Translations under genes and position numbers: made by a program
Shown here: piece after piece, positions 1-12,600 of the stretch
Numbering within the stretch: the first letter of the stretch is position 1
Layout of the letters: each line of letters begins with the position of its first letter
Assembly (NCBI GenBank): GCA_030141605.1
Contig: JAQGDQ010001493.1
Location: 1-26,848 of the forward strand
Direction: 5' to 3'
Source: Tubiluchus corallicola
Taxonomy: Eukaryota > Animalia > Priapulida
DNA: 26,848 bases
Notes under the pieces: generated by a model
What the model was told of the DNA's origin: nothing
Database searches by the model: none
Seen by the model: only the letters and a program-made list of their open reading frames with translations

Positions 1-304
1 ATCACAAACAAGTTTTTGTTAGTTAGTACTTTTTTATTTCTACTTCACCCAAGATGAAGCAGAACAACTTCACTAGTAAGTTCCAGAATCACACACCATT
101 TCTATTCTAACCTACTCTTACAGTTTACTTGGGTCGAGTGGTGTGTACTGTACGCTGAAAGTCCGGGAAGCCAAAAGTTACTGAGCTTCAAACAGGCATG
201 TCACGTGTACCCCAGGAAATTAGGCGGCTGCTATATGCCGTCGTTGTAGTGCAGTTCATCAGATCGTGATTTCGAAAGATTTGCGTCTATAGAGCTGACG
301 TGTC

Positions 305-343
305 ATGGCGCAGAATCAAAGACTTGCCGAACAACTGAAAGAG
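305..343 (+). CDS. BICDL1: BICDL1-like exon, intact 3' portion (MAQNQRLAEQLKE)
   Basis: Ends at GAG|gtagat (phase 0) and matches recalled BICDL1 EQNQRLLDQL. There is an in-frame TGA at 296-298. The upstream part of the probable exon (from the acceptor cttacag|124) is frameshifted. Confidence 0.7.
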
Positions 344-564
344 GTAGATTTATAGATTGAGTATTAATCAGATATTACGTAATCGAAGTATATTGTGGAA
401 CTGAGCCATATGAGGAAGAGAAACGTAAGGCGCGAGAGAGGAAAGAGACAGCGAGAGAGGGGAGAGTGTGTGAGGGAGAGAGAGAGAGACAGAGAGAGAG
501 GGGGGAGAGTGTGTGAGGGAGAGAGAGAGAGAGGGAGAGAGAGAGAGGGAGAGTGAGGAAGAGA

Positions 565-620
<56 letters not shown>

Positions 621-3600
621 GGGGAGAGAGAGAGTGGGAGGGGGGAGAGGGGGAGAGGGGGAGAGAGTGTGTGTGAGGGAGAGAGAGGGGGAGAGAGTGT
701 GTGTGAGGGAGAGAGAGGGAAAGAGAGAGTGAGGAGGAGGAGGGAGGAAGAGAGGGAGAGAGAGAGAGAAAGAGAGAGAGACAAAGGATGAATAAGAAAA
801 AAGCACCAGAAGAAAGAGAAATGCTATATAGGTGGCTGATATACTGATACTAACTAAAGCTTAGGTTAGTATTTTTATTTTATTTTATTTTTAAATCTGC
901 AGGCTATTCGTCAAGAGCAAGCTCTTTCTGTTCAACTGTGCGCTCTGAGAGAATCCGCAAAAATGAAGAGGGAAACCGCTGCCGAACACGCTAGGCAGGT
1001 GGAGAAGTTGAAGGCAGAGGTAGGCAGTGTGTACTAACATTCACTCTCACGGAAAGTTTCATCGGCTTCGTATTGACAGCTGTAACGAGTTACAAGAGGA
1101 ACATCCTCACCGTACCGTTTATTTTCCATTACCGCATGTTTCCGCTGTAAAAAAATTTCACATACAAGACGCCCGAGGGAAAAAAGCTCTTGATTGACAG
1201 TGTGCAGTTGATTACCTGTTGATTACCTAGATACATGTAAACGTATTTTTAGCTACAAATGAATATTGTGTCCAGAATTTCAAAGATTTTCTTGTATTAA
1301 TTTGTATTTCTAAAGGAATTTTTCCAAACATGATTAGAGGGGGTAATGATGTGAGAGAGAAGAGCATGCAAACGTAAAAGTTTTACATCTCACGTTTCTT
1401 CACATACTTATAATATTGCTTCTTGTCTGCCACATCATACGAAACAATTTGGCATAAATAGTAACTAATGTTTTTTTTCTAAGTTATTATGCTTGGCATA
1501 CTGATCTGTTATAAGTATAGTTTACTTAAGGCATATCTCACTATAGTGCAAAGTCCAGAAGAGTCTATAACAATAAACACTTGAAATGTGGCGCGTCGTG
1601 CCGCTACATTGTAAAATGGCTACACCATGCTTAGGAAACTCTTCATTTTTCGTGTTTCGTTGTGTTACACTTGAATTCAGAGTGTCCACTTCATAATTAC
1701 TGCAGTTCATCCGAGTGGGGTAAGCTAGCTTTTGATGTAGGCCGATTCTACAAAATGATTAAAGTTCGTTTCTTGTATACAATAAATAATACAGGGTACG
1801 TAGCGTAGAAAAAATAGTTTGTCTCCTACTGTAGTTTAGCGGTACAGTTAACGTACGCAGGTCTGTCTTGGGGGAACTTTTCGAAAAGTAGTTATTTATA
1901 GTTCGTTTGCATTTCGTGTTTATGATTTAAATAGGATTAATGAATTTAAAAACTGAAAGCTAATTCTTTCAGTCATTTCTATGGTAGTATTAAGTGCAAT
2001 ATTTTTTATGGTTTTTATTTTCTAAGCTGCCTGGCTGTAGCTCTTTCGCTTCTTCTGATTGTAGGTTAATCTATTGTCTGATAAGAAGAGCGAGTTGGAG
2101 AATAGACTCCATCACATAGAGGACGAGAAAGAGGTTCTTGAAGCCAACCTGGAGGAACTGACAGACACCGTCTCTCATTTACAGGAACAAAACCGAGTCA
2201 AAGATCAAACAGTAAGAGTAGTGAACTAGTCAGATGAAACTAGTGGGAAGGGAGGGGGGTACGTGTTACGAATTTAAATGGGAAATTCTGTTCCTGAATC
2301 GTAGAAGTTATATGGGTCATTCCTGTAGGGTGTTCGGTCCTCTAGGGTGTTTGGTCCTGTAGGGTTATTATTATTTCGGTTATGGGAAGTACCTGTAGTA
2401 AATAAGAATGTGAAAGGGTTAGAAACAAAAATTCGCCAGTAAAAGTTTTCATAGCAGAATGTACATTTTGAAACGGTTTATTGTGAAAAGTGTACATCTA
2501 CCCGCACCACACATAATCTTATTTTTGTTGGGTAATGCATGACGCATGAAAATAGTGATGTAATTATTTGTATGTGGATTTGCTAATTTGCTTCACTATA
2601 TATATATATATATGTATAAATGACAGTGATAGCTATTACGAGGTAAATAGCAAACTGGTCATGGTGTGTGCTTAGTTGGCTAGACAAATGGACGAGTGGT
2701 CTGGCCAGGTCTCTCTCTGGGCAGTTTCATTAACCATACCAATTTACCTTATCAAGTAAAAGTGCTAATGTCTTCTTGTCCAAATACGGTTGAGACGGGT
2801 TTAGCCTTCAGAATCAACTAGGTTCTGGTCCCGTCACAATTATCCACATTAAGTATGTTTTCCTACTATTTATCACGACTAATTGTACGGGAAACCCCGC
2901 AGAAGACCCCGATTTAGGGAAGCCACTTCTCTCTGAAACAAGAATTTGTAAGCCCCTCTATATATATTTATATATGTATCAACATTGAGATTGTCTTCCA
3001 CTCATTAATAATACACGGGCACCCAACGGTATTTTTAGGCTTGTACAGAACACTTCCTACCCTCACCTGCATCACACCTGTGTTTGCACGCGCACCACGT
3101 TGCACAGGTATTGATTAATTCATGCGAGTTCCTGGCAGAGCATGTTTAGTTTGATTCACCTGAGCTGGCTTCAATATACTTGCTTTGTGAGTGGCTTCAC
3201 TCTACAATGAAAAATATCAGCGATGCTAGAACACGAGTACTATTAGTTACATAAACAGATATTAGAAATACTTATTGGGATAGTCAAAGGTAGATCTAAG
3301 GTACGTATTTCTGGTTATACTAATTTTTTTTATTTAAATCTACATTCGTCAGCCAATACTCCAAACTGCCGTTCATAGTCAAGTCCAGTGATTAATATGT
3401 TTTTATTTAGGTAAGGGGTCTCATGACGAACTGAACGAAACAGCTAGGAGGTCCGGAAGAGCGTTGTAAGCTGCCCCTGTAGGACCCGGGGCTTGCATTT
3501 TCCTTGATTTTAGGCTTTTCAGACCTTGGTCGGAAAAACGTCAGTTTCGTAAGCAAGTCTTCGATGGTTTTACACTATTATGATATCATTGCTGCAGTGC

Positions 3601-6600
3601 TTAGAGATTAGTTTAGTTAAGGGGTATCTTGGCGAATAGAACAAGAAGCACAAGAAACAGCTAGTAGTTCTGGGCGAGCGTTGTAAAACGTCCCAAGAGG
3701 ATTTATTTTCCTTGATTTTAGGCTTTTCAGACCTTGGTCGGAAAAACGTCAGTTTCTTCAATGGTTTTTCGTCATTAAGGACACAAAATTTAGGTCTTAA
3801 TTCAAAAACAGCAATTGCTTTTTAATCAGTGAATTAAGTAGCTTTCACCCACTGGCTTTTATACTTTACCTGGTATAAGTCTTGGCCTTGTCAAACCGTT
3901 TAACCGAGAGGAATCACTGAGCTAACAAAATACAGCAAGGTGCAGTAGCTCTAATTTACATGTTGATTTACTTCTGCCAAAGACAACCACGTGGCTCACG
4001 CCAGCTGATTACAGCTAAACTTTGTTGTGCCTAACTTTTCAAGTCTAAAGTAAAATAAATTACTAGCTGATAAAATCAGTTAACTCATTATTCTTGTGGA
4101 AAATTTCTCAAGAAATGTTTTTCTTTTTTCCTGAAAACTTTCAACAACAATGAGGTACCCATTGTTATCGTCTATAGTTCTGATCAGAACGGTTAACTGA
4201 AAGACGAAAATTGTGCTATTAACATGTGTTGTGGATTGGCGTATAGGTAATGAATGGTGAAAAAACCAATATGTGACCCGGCAAGACATTGTTTTTTCTT
4301 TATGTGCAAGGTCGGTAACTTTAGGTTCCGGGTCTGCGACCCTGACAGACCCGGCGAGACATTGTTTTTTCTTTAGGAGCAGGGTCGGTAACTTTAGGTT
4401 CCGGGTCTGCGACCCTGACAGACCCGGCGAGACATTGTTTTTTCTTTAGGTGCAGGTTGGTAACTTTGGGTTCCGGGTCTGCTACCCTAACAGATCTGGC
4501 GAGACATTGTTTTTTCTTTACGTGCAGGGTCGGTAACTTTAAGTTCCGGGTCTGCGACCCTAACAGATCTGGCGAGACATTGTTTTTTCTTTAGGTGCAG
4601 GGTCGGTAACTTTAGGTTCTGAGTCTGCGACCCTGACAGACCCGGCGAGACATTGTTTTTTCTTTAGGTGCAGGGTCGGTAACTTTAAGTTCCGGGTCTG
4701 CGACCCTAACAGACCCGGCGAGACATTGTTTTTTCTTTAGATGTAGGTTGGTAACTTTAGGTTCCGGGTCAGTAACTTTAGATTCCGGGTCTGTGACCCT
4801 AACAAACCAGGCGAGACATTGTTTTTCTTTAGGTGCAGGGTCTGTAACTTTAGGTTCCAGGTCTGCGACCTAGACAGACCCAGCGAGACATTGTTTTTTC
4901 TTTAGGAGGAGGGTCTGCAACTTTAGGTTCCGGGTCTGCGAACCTAACAGACCCGTCGCACTTTAAGCACTATAGTAAACCAATGATCCATACTCTTCTC
5001 TCTTTTTCTCATACACAGCTTTCAGGTTTATAACAAGTTGAAGCCATGCATGTTTGTATGGTGATGACTCATCAGTTTGCTACGTCAGCTATTAACAGCT
5101 AAGCTGCTTGCTTCGCATTATTAGACTGATCTACAGCCAATAACACATGAAGTGCACGGAAACAAAGAAGACGAATTATGTAACACGGGTTGTGGTCTTT
5201 AATCATTTACTTTCAAGGCTTCGTTCGAAAATTGTTTATGAAAACCAATGTAAAATTTCGTCCTAGAAATGCTATAAGCAAAGAGGCTATGCTAGATGCG
5301 AGTACATGTCTTTAGGTTGTACTGAAGCATATCGCAAAGCAGCGGCCGACCAGCAAGTGGCACCTGGTATTTGTTAGCATATGTAGTTTGTAGGGGTGAG
5401 CATTCTCTACCAGAAAGCGAATTCGAATCGAACCGAATTTGTGACTTTCGAATTCGAATCGAACCGAACTTCAGTGTTTCGAATTCGAACCGAATTCGAA
5501 CTGAGATTGAACGATTTCCGAACAAGTTTTCGAACCACCAGTAAAAATTAGTCTTACAAAGATCATGTGTATCACTAGATTTTGTTCTGCAATAAAACGA
5601 CTAGTAATTTGTTTAAAATTGTGTGCAGAAATCACTGCTAAATTATGCTAATTGCATGATGTTTCAATCGTTTTAGTGATCAGGAACATATGTGATTGAA
5701 GTGCTGAATTATTCGAATCTATAGTTTTGGATTCGAATTGAGTTCGAACTAAAAAAACTCGTTCGAATTCGAATGCTCACCCCTAGTAGTTTGTACTAGA
5801 GAGAAAAGAATTATGTAATAAATGTGAAAAAGGAAAAGTAAGGTAGGTCAGTAAGAACAGGATAGTGCTAAAAACAGTTTGGAGAAAGAAGGTCATGGGA
5901 GTAGGTTTACATATTATAGTTTTAGTTTTTTTGAGAGGTGATTATATTGTCATTTTTGCAGGTGTGTAATTATAGTCATAAAATAGTTTGTATTAATGGA
6001 GAGGAATTTTGTTATAATATTTTGCAAGGAATATGTTATGAAAGGAGTAAGGAAAACAAAAAACAAAAACAAATACAGGTTTTTGGAGTCATCAGGAGGA
6101 ACTTGAGAGTCGAGTTTCGGCTGCTTACTCCTTAAACGAGTGTTGACAACTCACTAATAATATTACCATTTGTAACACAAACATCGCTTCAGCTCTAAAT
6201 TGCTCTAATGTTACCTTTCTTCATATGCTTATTAACTACCTTAAAACTGATTTGGAAAGACCAAAGAAAAATGTATAAAGATAATTGGTAAGAATAATGA
6301 ACATCTCATTGTTGACCATAGCGTTCTGTGTAATGTGTAATTATGACTGCTAACTTTCAGCCTCTACGTGAAGAATTTACATTTCTTTCATACAAAATGG
6401 AACTCTCTTCAAGAACAAATCCTTTTAAATTTTATTTGTTCCCACTTCAGTCAATAATAGCTAAACATTTTTCATTTCAAAAAGCTTTATTTCAATTGTG
6501 ACATTCGGATTAATATGTTTAGTTAAATTTAGCTACATCTGCAAACTTGTAGTGTTAATTGTTTTTCAACTAAGTCAGTGCAAAGCATAAGGGAAAATTT

Positions 6601-9600
6601 CATATATGCCATTAGTATAATATGGCCAATAAAAGACGTCTGTCTTTCTTAAATTTTGACTTTACCCCAACAAATCATAATTGAAATAAATATTAGGTCA
6701 ACACTTTTTACGGGCATCAAACTAATACTGTAATTTTAAATTAGACAACTTGGCTTTAACTTATTTTGAGAATTCTAGTAGCAGCTGTGATTTTTTTACG
6801 AAACATTCAACACAGTGTGAACCTTGTCCTGTATCTTCTTGCCTTTTATTAATTTTCATATTTTTAGCAGTAGATCATGTAATTAGAAGTTTGTCATTGA
6901 CAGCAACATGTTGTTTAGTTAAGATATTTACCTGCTTATCCATACTTACGTATGTAAAAACAATTGCACCGTGTCTTCATCTGTAGGACGATTTAAACAT
7001 TCTGAACAGACCTGTTATTTACTTGCTGAAATGGTTAAGCAAATCATGGCCTAACCGTGGCAGACGAATTATTCTGGCTGATTCATCTCAAAGCAACCAG
7101 ACGTTCTTTTGTGCTGTGAATTATGATTAATTTTAAAGTTGAAAGAGGCAAATATATGAAACGTTACTTGGTCAATTGGTTGGCCAGTTGGTTTGCTTGT
7201 GGATGCCTAAAAACTATTAAATCAAACGACATTTTGTGGACATTCATAGCATTTTTACAATCCAAAACAAGCTTGTATCTAGAGCCCAATTACCCGCAGG
7301 ACTCACTGCTAACAACCAGTTGTTGTGGAGAGACCGGAATCTACAAAACTACCCATCTGCCCGATGGCCACCAAACAGTTTACTAGCAAGACTCAGTGTT
7401 GCCAGACTTTCGTAGTGAACCACGTACCTAGTCGTCTCAGCTATTCCCAGAATAATATAACACGCCTTTTACCGAAAGGGTGTGATAATTATTACAAAGA
7501 CGCTGAAATGTAGGCCCTTTACCATCTTCTGATGTCCGAGATTTTATATAGTTTTTTCTCATTCAATGTATATTGTAAGTAAACGTTTTGTTAACGTATT
7601 TATTTGTTTATTTATTTTTCGTTTAGTTTATTATTATCACATTCAGTACAATATAATGACATTAAGCACACAGTGACATCAAAATTATTACATCATACAG
7701 TATTAAATTATGTTTCATACACTATTGTTATCATAAAAGAATAATTGTACTGCAGTGGGGCTAGAGAAGCAAAGGCTTGTTACATAAGCCCACTGTCATG
7801 TGAACCCGATAAAAAAAGAATGGATGAGTGAACAGAAAAAAAGAACTGGGAGAAAGGTTAGATCACACAGGAAGGGTAGAAGGATGTGTTAGTGGAAATG
7901 GTAGGAAGAAAGATAATAGATTGCGCTATGTTGACATCAGCTCTAAAGATTTATCAACGATGCCTTGTTTTGCGTAATCTGTACCAGGATTGTGGTACGT
8001 TTTCACATACATTGTGTGCGTTTTGTGATTTAAAATTTGTCGGTAATTTCATGATTTATTACCTCGGACGTTGCTAGTAACAATAATATCATATAAAGAG
8101 ACGGCAGTAACGGTGTACAGATACTAAGGACACAGCAGTAGCTTACATTGGCTAATTTCATCATGTTCAAGTTTTAAATTGCATGTTACCCACATTATTA
8201 CTATTATTATTATGAGTTTATTTCGTATAAAAATATACAGTTTACAAAGATAAAGATGTTAGTAAAACAGGTAATGCGATATTAGTAAAGTAACATATCT
8301 ACAGACATTCAACTTTATAATAACCACGCATTGTAGTTCCCTTGTAATTGTATTACAGTGTATAATGTTGTAAGGAGCTATAATAGGTATCTTAAAACAT
8401 AATCTTTAAATGAGTTCTTAACCTTTAATTTTACATTTTCATTTAGATCTACAGTACAACCATATTTAAATCTTAAATTTACTTGACTGTTATTTACATA
8501 GTAGCATAGCTTTGGAATTCTCAATGTGCAAGAGTTTACAATTTTTCTCACAAAGTTTAATTTTCGACTATCTATTAAATAATTCGCAGGCATTGTGCCA
8601 CAAAAATACATTAACAATTTGACGCTTTCATTTTGTCTAAAACCGAATATTTTTCTATAAGCAGTGTACCATTTTACCCTAATGGCATTAACTTCATTGT
8701 GTGATATACCCCAAATTTCGAATCCGTATAACAAAATGGGTAGACAATATGTATTGATCAGAGTTTTAGCTACTATGTCATTACGGCTATGGCCCATACT
8801 TGAGAGAATATTATTCACGGAACAATATTATTACCGAGAAACCCTGCTTGGACACAAGCTGCAACCCTGCTCATCCTTCTTGAGGCTTTAGTATCATTAG
8901 TATCAGCGCCAACTAGTGAGCATAAATGAAATTTCAGACCTCGTAGTAAACCATGACACCTGCCTACAATCACCACTAAAACCAACAACGTCAGGCAACG
9001 AAATGAATCGTGAAGCCAGCAATACCGCTGAGTAATAAATGAAGCCATTACGTGAATTCTGTTTACAACACACATTCACAAGTTTATACATTTACTGTCA
9101 GCCATATTCAGCAATAGCTCTCGATTTATTAGTTTGCACCTAAATGTGTTTAGTGATATCGCGAGTTTTTATTATTTTTTAAACCACTTTACCTATTACA
9201 AAGCTCTCTTTGGGGAAGGAACAGCATCTCTTGCTTTGTGGGGTGGAAGGGGATCGTAATTACAGTCAACCTCGTATATAAGGGACACTTCTGGACCGGA
9301 AAAAACCGTCCCTTATATCCGATGTCCATTATAGCCGAAGTTGAACCAGACCGGTGGTGTATCTAGACCTGTACTTTTCTGTACTTTCACCCATATTTTT
9401 ATGGATTATTGCTACACATTCAGTGCAAACGGTATGTAGGAAGCTTCTTCGGTGATGCGAGGTGTATGTGACCGCGGAAACCGAGGTGTTCGAAGGCCGA
9501 GTTTGCGAAAAATTGAGGTTAAAAATCAATCGATTTCGCTTTGATCATAGGGTCCCTTACATGCGAGGTAATTTACCTGGGTTTCTATTACGCAGGACAT

Positions 9601-12600
9601 GACGATGTCGTCCCTCATAACCGAAAGTCCCTTATATCCGAGTATCTTATATGCGAAGATATTTACAAAGGAAAAACGTTACGAAAAATCGGGACAGGTG
9701 TTGGTGGTCCCTTATAAGTGAGGACCTTATACCCAAGGTTGATGCACCATAATCTTACAGACAAGATTCTTACTAATGATCGTACGAAATGACAATTATT
9801 TAAATTTTGACATCAAATTTGAAGAACAGGAAAAAGTTGGAATACAGGTAAGATTTGAACCACGGACTTGTGTTTATAAGACAGAAGCCTTAGACCACAC
9901 GGCCACCGTATCTTCCATGATCAAGGCAGTTTAAGGTTCATGTTAGTTCTAAGGCAGACCGTGTTATATTGCTCACACTACTAGAGTGATTCCATCAATG
10001 AAGATTAATTTTTTTTTATATTTTTGTTAATTTCGAGTAGGAACTTTCCGTGGGTAATTTATTAAATCTTCGTGTCAGGATTATATTAAAGATGGGATAA
10101 ACTCACAATGACTTAATTTTTTATAATGTTGTAAAATTTAACTGTTGGCATTGTTGGGATATATCCTGGGTTTGAACCAAGGACCTTCAGCTTACAAAAC
10201 CACTTCGCATGAAGATATTGCCCCATTATTTATAAGATCCTTTTACACCCACTGCAGAGAATGGGTAAATTTGGGTGTCCTGAGTAACTTTAGCCTCCAT
10301 CTTTTACACCCACTGCAGAGAATGGGTAAATTTGGGTGACCTGAGCCACTTTAGCCTCCATCTTTTACACCCACTGCAGAGAATGGGTAAATTTGGGTGA
10401 CCTGAGCCACTTTAGCCTCCATCTTTTACACCCACTGAAGAGAATGGGTAAATTTGGGTGACGTGAGCCACTTTAGCCACCATCTTTTACACCAACTGCA
10501 GAGAATGGGTTAATTTGGGTGTCCTGAGTAACTTTAGCCTCCATCTTTTACACCCACTGCAGAGAATGGGTAAATTTGGGTGACCTGAGCCACTTTAGTC
10601 TCCATCTTTTACACCCACTGAAGAGAATGGGTAAATTTGGGTGACCTGAGCCACTTTAGCCTCCATCTTTTACACCCACTGAAGAGAATGGGTAAATTTG
10701 GGTGACCTGAGCGACTTTAGCCTCCATCTTTTACACCCACTGCAGAGAATGGGTAAATTTGGGTGACCTGAGCCACTTTAGTCTCCATCTTTTACACCCA
10801 CTGAAGAGAATGGGTAAATTTGGGTGACCTGAGCCACTTTAGCCTCCATCTTTTACACCCACTGAAGAGAATGGGTAAATTTGGGTGACCTGAGCCACTT
10901 TAGCCTCCATCTTTTACACCCACTGAAGAGAATGGGTAAATTTGGGTGACCTGAGTAACTTTAGCCTCCATCTTTTACGCCCACTGCAGAAGAATGGGTA
11001 AATTTGGGTGACCTGAGTAACTTTAGCCACCATCTTTTACACCCACTGAAGAGAATGGGTAAATTTGGGTGTCCTGAGTAACTTTAGCCTCCATCTTTTA
11101 CACCCACTGCAGAGAATGGGTAAATTTGGGTGACCTGAGTAACTTTAGCCTCCATCTTTTACGCCCACTGCAGAGAATGGGTAAATTTGGGTGACCTGAG
11201 CCACTTTAGCCTCCATCTTTTACACCCACTGAAGAGAATGGGTAAATTTGGGTGACCTGAGCCACTTTAGCCTCCATCTTTTACACCCACTGCAGAGAAT
11301 GGGTAAATTTGGGTGACCTGAGCCACTTTAGCCTGCATCTTTTACACCCACTGCAGAGAATGGGTAAATTTGGGTGATCTGAGCCACTTTAGCCTCCATC
11401 TTTTACACCCACTGCAGAAGAATGGGTAAATTTGGGTGACCTGAGCCACTTTAGCCTCCATCTTTTAAGCCCACTGCAGAGAATGGGTAAATTTGGGTGA
11501 CCTGAGCCACTTTAGCCTCCATCTTTTTCGCCCTCAGGCACAAAGTTCGACCCTTGTGGGACCTGACGGAGATAATACTTATTGGCTATTCTTTTGTGTT
11601 TTGTTTTTAATTTCTTACCCGATCTTCTACTATTGCTGAGTTAGCGTTTTCAACCCTTTGAATAAGATTCGCAACTACAGCTCAGACGACGGTACCATTT
11701 TCAATGATCTATATATGAGACGAAAGGTCTCCATCTAGCGTCATCTAATTGCATTTATTTTTCAAATGGGGCCCACTGGGAGGAATGGGGGTGGGGGCGA
11801 AAAAGGCATTTTCTTGCAAAACTTATACTTTTTATTTTTAGACGTCTAGAATGGGCCACGGGTGGTGCTGGTATCTATTATAATATTATAACTTGTGATT
11901 TCAGATATTGTGATTTCGGATAGTGATTTTAGATATTGTGATTTCAGATATTGCTATTTTAGATATTGTGATTTCAGATATTGTGATTTCAGATATTGTG
12001 ATTTCAGATAATGATTTTAGATATTGTGATTTCAGATATTGCTATTTTAGATATTGTGATTTCAGATATTGTGATTTCAGATATTGTGATTTCAGATAAT
12101 GATTTTAGATATTGTGATTTCAGATATTGTGATTTCAGTTTTTGTGATTTCAGATATTGTGATTTCAGATGTTGTGATTTCAGATGTTGTGATTTTAGAT
12201 ATTGTGATTTCAGATACTGTGATTTCAGATGTTGTGATTTTAGATATTGTGATTTCAGATATTATGATTTCAGATATTGTGATTTCAGATATTGTGATTT
12301 CAGATATTGTGATTTCAGATATTGTGATTTCAGATATTGTGATTTCAGATGCTGTGATTTCAGATGTTGTGATTTCAGATGTTGTGATTTCAGATATTGT
12401 GATTTCAGATATTGTGATTTCAGATGTTGTGATTTCAGATGTTGTGATTTCAGATATTGTGATTTCAGATGTTGTGATTTCAGATATTGTGATTTCAGAT
12501 ATTGTGATTTCAGATGTTGTGATTTCAGATGCTGTGATTTCAGATGCTGTGATTTCAGATATTGTGATTTCAGATATTGTGATTTCAGATGCTGTGATTT

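Noticed and set aside
368-806. SL-rich and ER-rich ORFs (also 23767-24354)
   Set aside because: Translations of (GA)n microsatellites.
6150-7120. Possible decayed transposase on the minus strand
   Set aside because: Multiple stops and no motif I could recognise with confidence.
7886-8077. 63-aa ORF as a LINE ORF2 end or host exon
   Set aside because: No convincing splice sites or diagnostic motif; too weak to call.
10240-11533. Hammerhead ribozyme (CTGAAGA inside a caccca/tgggtg stem)
   Set aside because: The GAAA core and stems II and III are missing, and many copies read CTGCAGA.
11540-11880. Possible Helitron/Helentron-type non-autonomous fragment (also 20190-20340)
   Set aside because: Only a vague resemblance; termini and the diagnostic hairpin could not be defined.
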